From contig JARGFH010000008.1 of the NCBI GenBank assembly GCA_029210695.1, forward strand, positions 1 through 64,000: a stretch of DNA of 64,000 bases. Direction: 5' to 3'. Every line of letters starts with the position of its first letter. Position 1 is the first letter of the stretch. The notes beneath the pieces were generated by a model, which did not search any database, was not told the origin of the DNA, and saw only the letters and a program-made list of their open reading frames with translations. The position numbers and the translations under genes were made by a program. This stretch comes from Acidimicrobiia bacterium. Lineage in GTDB: Bacteria > Actinomycetota > Acidimicrobiia > Spongiisociales > JAHEDJ01. Below are positions 49,083 to 59,227 of the stretch, piece after piece.

Positions 49083-51233
49083 ATGGAGCCCCGCCGACGG
49101 CCGACTGCGACTCTCGTGCTTCTCGTCATGGCCTTTGCGGCATTTCCCGCCACGCTGCTCTTGTGGTGGATGGGCACTCTTCCCGGTCACAACGTGCCGG
49201 AGATCGGGAGGGAGATCTTCGGCAACGTTCCGGGCGCGTTGCAGGCAGCGTTCTATGTGGGAGTGGGAGCGTTCCTGTCGCTGACCCTGTATCTGTTCTC
49301 CGAGCGCTCGCGGAGCTGGGAGCGTGGGGGCGCCGAATCTCGCGCCGGCCGCTGGGGTGAGCGCTTCCGAACCATGATGGCGGGACTGGAGATGCGGACG
49401 CTGCTGAGGGATCGAGCCGCCGGAATCATGCATGCGCTCATCTACTACGGGTTCGTGTTGTTGTTTCTCGGCACCGTCACGCTCGAGATCGATCATCTCC
49501 TTCCGGATGGTTTGAAGTTCTTGAGTGGCACGTTCTACAAGGTGTACTCGGCGATTCTCGACGCGGCGGCAATCGCGCTGGTGGTCGGCGTTGTGTGGGC
49601 CGTCATCCGGAGATATGGCCAAGCACCCTGGCGGCTCCGATCAAAGACGAAAGCGGAAGATGCGTGGATTCTCACGGTGCTCGGTCTGATCGGGGTGACC
49701 GGGATCTTCACGGAGGCGGCCCGGATCGCAGTTGACGGCCGGCCTGACTTCGAAGTGTGGTCGTTCGTCGGGTACCCGTTGAGTTCGCTGTTCCCTGCCT
49801 CCGCCGCTGCGGGATGGCATCAGTTCTTCTGGATCTTCCACGTAATCACGTTTGTCTGGTTCCTCGTGATCCTGCCCACGACCAAGCTCCGGCACATGGT
49901 GACCTCACCGGCCAACATGTTCCTGGCGCCGAAGGACCGACCCAAAGGGGCGATGAAGGCGCTTCCGAACTTGATGGAAGCAACCGACATCGAATCGCTC
50001 GGTGCTTCTGTGATCACGGACCTCACCTGGAAGCAGATCTTCGATACAGACGCCTGCACCGTGTGCGGCCGTTGCACGAGCGTGTGTCCTGCCAACATGA
50101 CCGGGAAGCCGCTCGATCCCCGCGAGATGGTGTTGAAGGTCGGGGAGGTGGCGGCGTCGACTGCACCGGCGCGGATCTCTACGCCCGTCTCCATGGATGC
50201 GGAGATCACGATCGACGCCGGCAGCTTGTTCGATCGGGTGACTCCTGAGGAACTGTGGTCGTGCACTACGTGTAGAGCGTGTGATGCCATTTGCCCCGTC
50301 AACATCGAAATCCTCGACAAGATCCTCGATATGCGGCGCTACAAGGCACTGATGGAAGCCGACTTCCCGACCGAACTCGGAAAGGCGTTCGTTGCTCTCG
50401 AGAACCAGGGGAATCCCTGGGGCCTCAGTCAGCAGAATCGTATGGACTGGGCCAAAGACCTGGACTTTAAGGTCAAGGTGCTCGGTGACGATGGGGTCGA
50501 ATCGGCCGACTACCTCTACTGGGTTGGATGTGCCGGGTCCTTCGACGACCGCAACGTCGAGGTCACGAAGGCGACAGCCCGTTTGCTGCACGAGGCCGGG
50601 ATCGATTTCGCCATACTGGGCCCGAAGGAGTCGTGCACGGGCGATCCGGCCCGCCGTTCCGGCAACGAGTACCTCTATCAGCAGCTCGCCTTGTCGAATA
50701 TCGAGACACTCAATGATCTTGGGGTTGAGAGGGTGATCACGCAGTGCCCACATTGCTTCAACTCGCTTGCCAACGATTATCCCCAGCTCGGCGGTGACTA
50801 CGAGGTCGTTCACCACAGCCAGCTGCTCATGGAGTTGGTCGGGAAGGGCTCACTCGACACGGCGGCGGCGACCGGGACCACCCCACAGATAACCTTCCAC
50901 GATCCCTGCTATCTGGGCCGTCACAACGACGTCTATTTGGCGCCACGGGAGGTCGTGTCCGCATCGGGTGCGTCTCTAGTGGAGATGGAGCGGAACGGCA
51001 CCAACGCGATGTGCTGCGGGGCCGGCGGAGCTCGTTTCTGGATGGAAGAGCAGACCGGCAAGAAGGTGAATGTTGAGCGCGCCGAGCAAGCCATCGCTAC
51101 CGGCGCCGACGAGGTGGCAGTCGGATGCCCCTACTGCTACGTCATGATCGACGACGGTGTCAAAGAACTGGGGTCAGAGATGCGGGTCCGTGATATCTCG
51201 ATGATCCTGGCCGACTCGGTATTCAAGAAATGA
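49083..51233 (+). CDS. Membrane-bound heterodisulfide-reductase-related Fe-S oxidoreductase (FadF/Rv0338c-like)
   Basis: NarI-like TM domain; CxxCxxCxxxCP x2; two CCG domains (CTGDPARR..CPHC; HDPCY..CCG..CPYC). Confidence 0.92.
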   Translation: MEPRRRPTATLVLLVMAFAAFPATLLLWWMGTLPGHNVPEIGREIFGNVPGALQAAFYVGVGAFLSLTLYLFSERSRSWERGGAESRAGRWGERFRTMMAGLEMRTLLRDRAAGIMHALIYYGFVLLFLGTVTLEIDHLLPDGLKFLSGTFYKVYSAILDAAAIALVVGVVWAVIRRYGQAPWRLRSKTKAEDAWILTVLGLIGVTGIFTEAARIAVDGRPDFEVWSFVGYPLSSLFPASAAAGWHQFFWIFHVITFVWFLVILPTTKLRHMVTSPANMFLAPKDRPKGAMKALPNLMEATDIESLGASVITDLTWKQIFDTDACTVCGRCTSVCPANMTGKPLDPREMVLKVGEVAASTAPARISTPVSMDAEITIDAGSLFDRVTPEELWSCTTCRACDAICPVNIEILDKILDMRRYKALMEADFPTELGKAFVALENQGNPWGLSQQNRMDWAKDLDFKVKVLGDDGVESADYLYWVGCAGSFDDRNVEVTKATARLLHEAGIDFAILGPKESCTGDPARRSGNEYLYQQLALSNIETLNDLGVERVITQCPHCFNSLANDYPQLGGDYEVVHHSQLLMELVGKGSLDTAAATGTTPQITFHDPCYLGRHNDVYLAPREVVSASGASLVEMERNGTNAMCCGAGGARFWMEEQTGKKVNVERAEQAIATGADEVAVGCPYCYVMIDDGVKELGSEMRVRDISMILADSVFKK

Positions 51234-51461
51234 ACTCGAACCTCGAGCGCTGAGTCGCTCGCCGGGGCTGATCTCCGTCGACATCTGGTTCTGCTGAGGC
51301 CTTGTGGCCTCTCACAAGACGACCGCGCTAAGCATTGCGATCCCTACTAAGAGTGGCTATGATTGATGCTGCGGATCGCGGCCGGGCGGGCGGCGAATCC
51401 ACGGAAGCGTGAACTGCCACTGGTAGGTTGACGTGGTCCTTGGGGAGCAAGGGAGGCTCGA

Positions 51462-51737
51462 GTGCGGCACAAATCGAACTGCAAAAAGGGTATGCACGCG
51501 TTCGGACGTCAGTCCGACGTGGGTGGCGGACTTCAACGCCAGGTCTGCAGATCGTGCGGGCTGGTCGAGATCGATTTGCGCTCCGATGCAGAAGTCGAAG
51601 ATTCCAAGCTGTTTGCCCCTGTGCGGACTGACAGCATCTTCGCTATTCAGTCTGTGCTGGAAGCCGAGTTCGAGCCGCCTGAGCGGCGGTTCGGGGTTCG
51701 TCCCTCTCACAGGTCGATATCCAGCGACGTGTCCTGA
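51462..51737 (+). CDS. Small hypothetical protein with C..H..CxxC putative Zn motif (91 aa)
   Basis: AGGGAGG RBS 5 nt before GTG; CKKGMH...CRSC; followed by a hairpin at about 51789-51815. Confidence 0.6.
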   Translation: MRHKSNCKKGMHAFGRQSDVGGGLQRQVCRSCGLVEIDLRSDAEVEDSKLFAPVRTDSIFAIQSVLEAEFEPPERRFGVRPSHRSISSDVS

Positions 51738-51841
51738 CAGGTCTTAGACCTACGGATGGCGGTCCGCTGCGAACGTGACAGAGGGGGGGCTACGACCGGC
51801 AACCGCCCGTAGCCCGAGTACCGAGTACGCGTCGATTCCTT

Positions 51842-51880
51842 TCTCACTGAACTCTCAGGTTGTTTCCAGATCTGCCTTAG
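51842..51880 (+). promoter_or_regulatory. Four 11-bp-phased direct repeats (TCTCAC/TCTCAG/TTCCAG/CCTTAG), OmpR/MprA-type binding site
   Basis: Hexamers start at 51842, 51853, 51864 and 51875, upstream of the ABC operon. Confidence 0.55.
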
Positions 51881-52019
51881 ATCTACCGGGCATCCTCCGG
51901 GGGGCAGTGAGAATTCGCCGTTAGACGAAACGGTGTGGAGATAGACGATCCCGGTCTCCGCAGCGTGAGCTCTGGCCCCGGCCGACTCTGATTGCGATCA
52001 GAACGCGAGAGGATGCAAG

Positions 52020-53600
52020 ATGAGCGATACCAAAGTCATATCGGAGTCACACATGCCACCAGATGAAGACTCCTCGCCCGAGGGTGAGGGAGAAACCACA
52101 GACACAGTGCGGCGACGTGGACGCTGGATGTGGTGGGGGGTCGGCCTCCTGGTCGTCGCCGGCGCGGCCAGTGCTGCGGTACTCATGGCCAACGAGGCTC
52201 CTTCCGATTCGACTGCGGTCACGGCCATCCAACTGAATTACGGTGAGGCGGTCATCACCGATCTCGTGCAAACGGAGAGCTTCGACGGCACGCTCGGCAC
52301 CGTGGACGGCGATCCTGTGACGACCCAGTTCGCAGGCACCGTCACGAGCGCGGCGACCGCCGGCGAGAGGGTCGAGCAGGGTGACGTGTTGTTCAGCATT
52401 GACGGAGAACCCGTCGTGCTCCTCTACGGCGAGGCGCCCGCCTATCGCGATCTGGCTATTGGTGTCGACAGCATGAGCGTGCCGGGCCGGCTGGTGGGAA
52501 CCATCACTGGCATCGTCGAACCGGGGACCGCGATCGAGCAGGGTGATGTCCTGTACCGGGTCAACGGCGAGCCGGTGGTCGTGCTCTACGGTGATGTTCC
52601 GGCCTACCGGACCTTGCGCGATGCCTCGACCAGCCTCGAAGGAGATGACGTCCAGCAGCTCGAGGCGGCACTGATCGCGCTCGGCTATGACTCCGGCGAG
52701 ACCGTGACCGTCGATCAAGAATTCACCTACAACACTGCGCAGATCGTGGAAGCCTGGCAAGAAGACATCGGCGCTGAAGTCGACGGGGTCGTCGACCTGG
52801 GCGAGGTGGTCTTCATCCCGGGCCCTGCCCAGGTTCGGAGCGGTGCGGCGATCGGGGATTCCACCGGCACGGGGAGTCCGGCCGTCACTCTCATCACCGG
52901 TGAGGCAATGGCGGGTGCCGACGTCGAGCAACTTGAAGCCGCACTCAACGCTCTCGGGTTCAATCCCGGCATCGTGGACGGCACATTCACCGATGAGACC
53001 CGGATTGCCGTGCTCGACTGGCAGGCTGCAACAGGACTCCCTGAGGATGGCGTCGTCGACCTAGGTGAGATTGTGTTCCTGGAGGGTGCTGTGCGTGTGA
53101 GCGACCGGCTGGCTTCGGTCGGCAGCCGCGTCGGTGCCGGCAGCCCCGTCCTGGCAGTTTCATCGTCCGAGAAGGTGGTCCGCCTCGACCTGCCTGCCCG
53201 CAATCAGGGCATTGTCTCGGTCGGCGATGAAGTCATCATCGTGATGCCGGACTTCTCAGAGACGCCCGGTGTCGTGGCCTCCGTCGCTACTACCGCTTCT
53301 GTCGACCAGGGCAACCAGGCTGTGTTCGAAGTGATCGTGGAACTCATCGATCCCTCCGTGGCCGATGGCCTCGATGAAGCACCGGTCGATGTCGACGTGA
53401 TCTCCGAGTCGGTTGAGAACGTGCTGGCAGTCCCCGTATCTTCGCTCGTGGCGCTGACCGAAGGTGGCTACGCCGTGAGAGTCGACACGGGCGGGGCAAG
53501 CCCGCAACTGGTGGCCGTCGACCCCGGGTTCTTTGCCGACGGCCTCGTCGAGATCACCAGCAGCGAGGTGCAAGCGGGCGATCGGGTGGTGGTGCCGTGA
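52020..53600 (+). CDS. Efflux adaptor (MFP-like) protein with duplicated peptidoglycan-binding domains
   Basis: N-terminal TM; two QGDVL..GEPVV.LYG..PAYR units and two DVxQLEAAL.ALG...WQ...DGVVDLGE.VF PG-binding units. Confidence 0.85.
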   Translation: MSDTKVISESHMPPDEDSSPEGEGETTDTVRRRGRWMWWGVGLLVVAGAASAAVLMANEAPSDSTAVTAIQLNYGEAVITDLVQTESFDGTLGTVDGDPVTTQFAGTVTSAATAGERVEQGDVLFSIDGEPVVLLYGEAPAYRDLAIGVDSMSVPGRLVGTITGIVEPGTAIEQGDVLYRVNGEPVVVLYGDVPAYRTLRDASTSLEGDDVQQLEAALIALGYDSGETVTVDQEFTYNTAQIVEAWQEDIGAEVDGVVDLGEVVFIPGPAQVRSGAAIGDSTGTGSPAVTLITGEAMAGADVEQLEAALNALGFNPGIVDGTFTDETRIAVLDWQAATGLPEDGVVDLGEIVFLEGAVRVSDRLASVGSRVGAGSPVLAVSSSEKVVRLDLPARNQGIVSVGDEVIIVMPDFSETPGVVASVATTASVDQGNQAVFEVIVELIDPSVADGLDEAPVDVDVISESVENVLAVPVSSLVALTEGGYAVRVDTGGASPQLVAVDPGFFADGLVEITSSEVQAGDRVVVP

Positions 53601-54298
53601 TGCCGTCTGAGCCGGTTCTTTCCCTGAACAATGTGTTCAAGGAGTACCCGACGACGCCGGTGGTTCGTGCTCTCCGTGGTGTGAGCTTCGCAGTCAACTC
53701 AGGCGAACTCGTCGCGGTGGTCGGCCCGTCTGGATCCGGCAAATCGACTCTGCTGCACATCATGGGAACCCTGGATCGACCGACCTCCGGCGAGGTCACG
53801 GTGGCGGGCTACCAGGTCTCCCGACTGTCGGACAGAGACATGTCGTCGCTGCGCGCTCACCATATCGGCTTCGTGTTCCAGCAGTTCCACCTGCTGAGCG
53901 GGTTCACGGCACTCGACAATGTGGCAGATGGTTTGTTGTATACCGGCCTGCCACTTCGCACTCGTCGCGACATGGCCGAAGTCGCGCTGCGCAGGGCCGG
54001 CATGGGTCACCGCCTCGACCACGTTGCCACCAAGTTGTCCGGCGGCGAGCGTCAACGAGTGGCGACCGCCAGGGCCTTGATCGGCAATCCCTCGATCGTG
54101 CTGGCGGATGAACCAACCGGCAACCTCGACTCGAAGACATCTGATGCAATTGTCGAACTCATCGAGGAACTGAATGAGAGTGGCACGACCATCGTGGTGA
54201 TCACCCACAACCCCGAGATTGCCGAGCATTTCCCTCGCTCCGTTGGTCTTCGCGACGGACAGATCGAATACGACACCTCCTGGAAGGACGTTGCCTGA
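53600..54298 (+). CDS. ABC transporter ATP-binding protein (MacB/LolD type)
   Basis: GPSGSGKS, LSGGERQR and DEPTGNLD motifs. Confidence 0.95.
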   Translation: MPSEPVLSLNNVFKEYPTTPVVRALRGVSFAVNSGELVAVVGPSGSGKSTLLHIMGTLDRPTSGEVTVAGYQVSRLSDRDMSSLRAHHIGFVFQQFHLLSGFTALDNVADGLLYTGLPLRTRRDMAEVALRRAGMGHRLDHVATKLSGGERQRVATARALIGNPSIVLADEPTGNLDSKTSDAIVELIEELNESGTTIVVITHNPEIAEHFPRSVGLRDGQIEYDTSWKDVA

Positions 54299-55503
54299 TG
54301 GCAACCACCCTCAAGCCGAGCAGCCTCCATCCGCGGGACCTGGGGAGGACTGCGACGGTCGGACTCCGGACCCGCAAGCTGCGAACGGCGCTTTCTGCCC
54401 TCGGCATATTGATCGGCATTGCGGCGATGGTCGGCGTACTCGGGCTGTCTGAGTCGTCGAAGTCGGAGTTGCTGTCGCAACTCGACCGGCTCGGGACGAA
54501 CCTGCTGACCGTGGAGGCCGGAACCGGAATCGGGATCGGCTCGGGAGAACTCCCCGAAGAAGCGGCCGGGATGATCGCTCAGATCGGACCGGTCGAGACC
54601 ACCACTGTGGTGAGTGCGGTCGATGACGCCAACGTATATCGAACCGACTACATCCCGGAGGGACAGACCGGTGGTGTCTCCGTTCAGGCCGTGGACCTGA
54701 CGTTGCTCGACACTCTGGCCGGCGACGTCGCCGATGGCCAGTGGCTAGATGCCGCGACGGGCGCCTATCCGACGACGGTGCTCGGTTCTGTTGCCGCCGA
54801 GCGATTGGGGGTCACCGAGGTGACCGGTACCGAGCAGGTGTGGCTCGGTGATCAGTGGTTCACGGTGATCGGCATCCTCGAGGAGTTCGAGCTGGCTCCG
54901 GATCTCGACCGTGCTGCCATGGTTGGTCTCGACGCGGCCGCCGACTACCTCGACGCTGACGGAGTGCCGACTCGCATCCTCGTTCGCGTCGACCCCGACC
55001 AGGTCGATGCGGTGATGGGCGTGATGGCTGCTACTGCCAATCCGGAGAACCCGGAGGAAATCGAAGTCGCCCGCCCCACCGATGCATTGGAGGCCAAGGA
55101 GGCTGCCGATGATGCGTTGACGGCGCTGTTTCTCGGGCTGGGCGCGGTTGCGCTTCTCGTTGGAGGGGTCGGAATCGCCAACGTGATGGTCATCTCGGTG
55201 TTGGAACGAAGGGCTGAAATCGGGCTTCGTCGTGCTCTGGGCGCGACCAAGCGGCACATCGCTTCGCAGTTCCTCGGTGAGGCCCTGCTGCTGTCCGGCA
55301 TCGGAGGAATCGGTGGGGTCTTGGCGGGCGTGGCGGTGACTACCACTTACGCCAGCATTCGCGGCTGGTCTGCGCTCGTGCCACCTATTGCCATCGGCGG
55401 TGGGATCGCAGCCGCGCTGGTCATTGGCGCGATCGCCGGCCTGTATCCGGCCATCCGGGCCGCCCGCATGTCGCCAACGGAGGCGCTCCGCACCGCCGGG
55501 TGA
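54298..55503 (+). CDS. ABC transporter permease (MacB type)
   Basis: LGTNLL and GGVGIANVM..ERRAEIGLRRALGA motifs. Confidence 0.93.
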   Translation: MATTLKPSSLHPRDLGRTATVGLRTRKLRTALSALGILIGIAAMVGVLGLSESSKSELLSQLDRLGTNLLTVEAGTGIGIGSGELPEEAAGMIAQIGPVETTTVVSAVDDANVYRTDYIPEGQTGGVSVQAVDLTLLDTLAGDVADGQWLDAATGAYPTTVLGSVAAERLGVTEVTGTEQVWLGDQWFTVIGILEEFELAPDLDRAAMVGLDAAADYLDADGVPTRILVRVDPDQVDAVMGVMAATANPENPEEIEVARPTDALEAKEAADDALTALFLGLGAVALLVGGVGIANVMVISVLERRAEIGLRRALGATKRHIASQFLGEALLLSGIGGIGGVLAGVAVTTTYASIRGWSALVPPIAIGGGIAAALVIGAIAGLYPAIRAARMSPTEALRTAG

Positions 55504-55545
55504 GTGCGCACTTCCGCTGGCTCTCTGGGCTGCAAGAGGTGTTTT

Positions 55546-56082
55546 GCCCCCTCCGCCTCGCCGACTCGGCACCTCCCCCGCTTTCAGCGGGGGAGGAACG
55601 CGCTGGTGGTTGGGGGCTGTGGCGGCGGTGATGTCCCCCTGCTGGTCGGCGTTCTCCCCTCACGGAGTGGGGGGAGTCCCGGAGCGGAGCGGAGGGGAGG
55701 GGGGCTGGTGAGGTCTTTGTTTGGGGTTTGTTGCCCCCTCCGCTGGTCGACATGAATCGGCCCGCGTTGGTTTGGCTGGTCGAATCCATTCACATCGATC
55801 GTCGACTCGGCACCTCCCCCGCTTTCAGCGGGGGAGGAACGCGCTGGTGGTTGGGGGCTGTGGCGGCGGTGATGTCCTCCTGCTGGTCGGCGTTCTCCCC
55901 TCACGGAGTGGGGGGAGTCCCGGAGCGGAGCGGAGGGGAGGGGGGCTGGCCGGTTTGGTCTGGGGTTTGTTGCCCCCTCCGCTGGTCGATATGAATCGGC
56001 CCGCGTTGGTTTGGCTGGTCGAATCCATTCACATCGATCGTCGACTCGGCACCTCCCCCGCTTTGAGCGGGGAGGAACGCGT
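55546..56082. repeat. About 2.2 tandem copies of a ~240-bp composite palindromic repeat
   Basis: GACTCGGCACCTCCCCCGCTTT..CGGGG starts at 55563, 55804 and 56043; each unit carries several GC hairpins. Confidence 0.92.
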
Positions 56083-56083
56083 G

Positions 56084-56118
56084 TTGCCTATTGCCTATTA
56101 CCTATTACCTATTACCTG
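56084..56118. repeat. Heptamer tandem repeat (TTRCCTA x5) overlapping the GH13 stop codon
   Basis: TTGCCTA TTGCCTA TTACCTA TTACCTA TTACCTG. Confidence 0.85.
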
Positions 56119-57571
56119 TGATTTCCCATACCGCGCCTGTCCGGGGGGCCAACGCAATATGGATCTCTCCGTCGGTCGATTTGATGCCGCCAGTTCCCCA
56201 CAGCGTCCTGAACCCGGTTCCGAGGAGCTCATCGACGATCGTGGCCGAGGATCCGAGGTCGGATGTATTCACTGCGATGAGAAGCTGTTCTTGGCCATCT
56301 TCCATCACGAAGGTATACAACGAGGAGCCGTCCTCGGCCGGCAACCTGCGGTACTCGCCGTGGCGCAGCACGCGGTGTTTTCGTCGCAGGGCGACCAGCG
56401 ATCGGTGGGCGCGCAGCAAACGGTCGTTCCACAGGTCGGTGCGCTTCCATGGGAATGCGCCGCGTGATCCCGGATCATTGCCACCGCTGAGCCCGATCTC
56501 GTCGCCGTAGTAGATCGAGGGGGCGCCGGGGAAGGTGAAGTTCAGGAGAGTCGACAGAATCACCGAGTCGATGTCGCCGCCCGCCACGCTGAGCACCCGC
56601 GCCGTGTCGTGAGAACCGAGCAGGTTGAGGTTGGCCAGGTGGGCGTGACGCGGATACCTCCCCAGGAGTTCCTCAACAGCGTCCCCGTAGGCCGGCGCGT
56701 CGAGCGCCGGCGCCACCGGGAAGGGGAGTCCGGCGGCCAGTTGAGCGTTGACCCGGTCTCCGGCCGTGAAGGCAATCGTCCTGCCCCCGAAGTGGTAGTT
56801 CATCGTTCCATCGAACCGATCGCCGCGCACGATCCAGTCGGTGGCGTCCTCCCAGATCTCTCCGACGATATAGAGATCCGGGTTGATTGCCCGCACTCGC
56901 TCCCGGAACTGCTCCCAGAATCCCTCGGTTGTGATCTCGTTCGGCACGTCGAGCCGCCAGCCGTCGATACCCCGCCGAGCCCAGTACTCCCCGATATTGA
57001 GGAGATACTCGGCGACCTGCGGGTTGTCGGTGTTGAACTTGGGGAGGGCCGCGTTGCCCCACCAGGCCTGGTAGCCGGGGTGCTTGCCGTCGTAGGCGTG
57101 GAGGGGCCAGCTTTCGATGATGAACCAGTCCAACCAAGCCGAGCTCTCTCCATTCTCGAGCAGATCGTTGAATCGCAGGAACCCCCGGCCGCAATGGTTG
57201 AACACCCCATCGAGCACAACGCGAATGCCGCTTCCGTGGCAGGCATCGAGGAGCTCGTCAAAGGCAGCTTCACCTCCCAGCATTGGGTCGATCTGGTAGT
57301 AGTCCCAGGTGTGATATCTGTGGTTTGAAGCCGACGAGAAGATCGGATTGAGATAGAGGGCGTTGATGCCCAGGTCGACCAGGTAGTCGAGCTTCTCAGC
57401 GATGCCGAGCAGATCCCCGCCCTTGTAGCCGAAGATGGTCGGCGGGCTGTCCCAGTCTTCCAGATTGGGTGGCTTGTCAACGCGATCGGACGATGCGAAC
57501 CGATCGGGAAAGATCTGATAGAAGATGGCGTCGGCGACCCAGGCCGGGGGACGGTCTATTTGTCTGGTCAT
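56105..57571 (-). CDS. GH13 glycosidase (neopullulanase/cyclomaltodextrinase type)
   Basis: YQIFPDRF, DGVFNH, GWRLDV, GEIW and GSHD motifs. Confidence 0.95.
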   Translation of the reverse strand: MTRQIDRPPAWVADAIFYQIFPDRFASSDRVDKPPNLEDWDSPPTIFGYKGGDLLGIAEKLDYLVDLGINALYLNPIFSSASNHRYHTWDYYQIDPMLGGEAAFDELLDACHGSGIRVVLDGVFNHCGRGFLRFNDLLENGESSAWLDWFIIESWPLHAYDGKHPGYQAWWGNAALPKFNTDNPQVAEYLLNIGEYWARRGIDGWRLDVPNEITTEGFWEQFRERVRAINPDLYIVGEIWEDATDWIVRGDRFDGTMNYHFGGRTIAFTAGDRVNAQLAAGLPFPVAPALDAPAYGDAVEELLGRYPRHAHLANLNLLGSHDTARVLSVAGGDIDSVILSTLLNFTFPGAPSIYYGDEIGLSGGNDPGSRGAFPWKRTDLWNDRLLRAHRSLVALRRKHRVLRHGEYRRLPAEDGSSLYTFVMEDGQEQLLIAVNTSDLGSSATIVDELLGTGFRTLWGTGGIKSTDGEIHIALAPRTGAVWEITGNR

Positions 57572-57825
57572 CGGTCCTCCCGTTGCCTTGCTTCACATTC
57601 GCGGCAGTCGGCCATGCGTAGCTCGTCGCTATCACTGCTGCCGTCCCCGCCACGACGCGTGCCGTCAACGACGATCGCGGGATGAACAGCGGACACCGGA
57701 CTCCGGGGCCTGGTCAACTGAGGCGATCATGGCCTCTCCTGCCGGCTCGGCACACACAAGGAGTGAATCTAGCGGTCGGAGGCCCGCTATCCCACCCGTG
57801 CTCGGTAGGCTGCCGCCGAGCCACG

Positions 57826-59187
57826 ATGATTGGATGGCAATTGAGTTCGGGTCTTGTCTGGTTTCGCAAAGATCTCCGCCTGTCCGACAACCCGGCCTGG
57901 TCGGCCGCGACGTCTGATCACGAGATCGTGCAGGCGCTCTTCGTGGTCGATCCCCGGCTGTGGGACCGCGCCCCGGCTCACCGCCGGATCCAACTGGAGG
58001 CCAATCTTTCCGCGCTCGACGGACAACTCACCGCGATGGGCGGGCGACTGAAAGTACTGACCGGTGATCCGGCCGCGCTGGTGCCGGCGGCGGCGCGGAA
58101 CCATCAAACCATCTACTGGAACGAGGACGTTTCCTCCTTCAGCCGGCGCAGGGACGCACAGGTCCGGGAACGGATCGCCGGGGAGATTGCCACGTACCAC
58201 GGGTCCCTCGTTCACCCGCCCGGGGCAGTCGTCACCGCCGGTGGGGAGACCTACCGGGTGTTCACGCCCTTCTGGCGCAAATGGTCGGCAACGGAGTGGC
58301 AGCCGTGGCCGGAGGCAGGTAATGCGGCGGTGCTCGCCGATCCGGGAGACGGCCTAGCGCCGTCCGGGATCGCTCCGGTTCTGACCCCGGGCGAAGAGGG
58401 GGCGCTCGGTCGCCTGCGTGCCTTCGACGTTGACATGTACGAGGCAGAGAGGAATCGGCCGGACACGAACGGCACGTCGATGCTGTCGGTCGACTTGAAG
58501 TTCGGAACCATCAGCCCGCGGACGATCATCCGTCATCTGTCCGGCCGGCGGGCAGAGCCATTCATCCGACAGCTCGCCTGGCGAGACTTCTATGCCCATC
58601 TGCTGGTGGTCTTCCCGGCGATGGCGACTACCAACCTGCGGTCCGACTACGACGGGATCGCCTGGCGCAACGACCTCGGCGAGTTCGAAGCATGGCAGAC
58701 GGGCAACACCGGATATCCCATCGTTGACGCCGGTATGCGGCAGCTGATCGAGACCGGATGGATGCACAACCGGGTGCGGATGGTGACGGCTTCGTTCCTG
58801 GTCAAGGACCTTCTCATCGATTGGCGTTGGGGAGAGCGGCATTTCCGCCGGTTGTTGCTCGATGCCGATCCGGCCCAGAACGCCGGCAACTGGCAGTGGG
58901 TGGCGGGAACCGGAGCAGACGCGGCCCCCTATTTCCGGGTGTTCAACCCCGTCACCCAGAGCCGTAGATTCGATCCGGATGGCGCGTACATCCGACGCTA
59001 TGTTCCGGAACTCGCCTCTGTTCCGAAGCACCTGATCCACGCCCCGTGGGAGGCCGGTGGCCTGGAGTTGGCAGAGTACGGAGTCACCATCGGCCGGGAC
59101 TACCCGCCGCCACTCGTCGACCACGCCATCGCCAGAGAAACGACAATCCTCGCCTACCAGGCGGCCAGAGCTCGGAATGTGACTTGA
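57826..59187 (+). CDS. phrB: Deoxyribodipyrimidine photolyase
   Basis: [34 protein letters not shown] and FRVFNP motifs; start may be the TTG at 57841. Confidence 0.93.
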   Translation: MIGWQLSSGLVWFRKDLRLSDNPAWSAATSDHEIVQALFVVDPRLWDRAPAHRRIQLEANLSALDGQLTAMGGRLKVLTGDPAALVPAAARNHQTIYWNEDVSSFSRRRDAQVRERIAGEIATYHGSLVHPPGAVVTAGGETYRVFTPFWRKWSATEWQPWPEAGNAAVLADPGDGLAPSGIAPVLTPGEEGALGRLRAFDVDMYEAERNRPDTNGTSMLSVDLKFGTISPRTIIRHLSGRRAEPFIRQLAWRDFYAHLLVVFPAMATTNLRSDYDGIAWRNDLGEFEAWQTGNTGYPIVDAGMRQLIETGWMHNRVRMVTASFLVKDLLIDWRWGERHFRRLLLDADPAQNAGNWQWVAGTGADAAPYFRVFNPVTQSRRFDPDGAYIRRYVPELASVPKHLIHAPWEAGGLELAEYGVTIGRDYPPPLVDHAIARETTILAYQAARARNVT

Positions 59188-59227
59188 TCTGACCTCCGTT
59201 GCACTCCGGCGCAACGTCGTGGGACGC

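Noticed and set aside
48419..49177. ORFs with repeated Cys/Pro peptides over the 87-bp repeat, and ORFs over the 240-bp repeat (55388-56467)
   Set aside because: Open only because of repeat period and high GC content; no RBS or family motifs.
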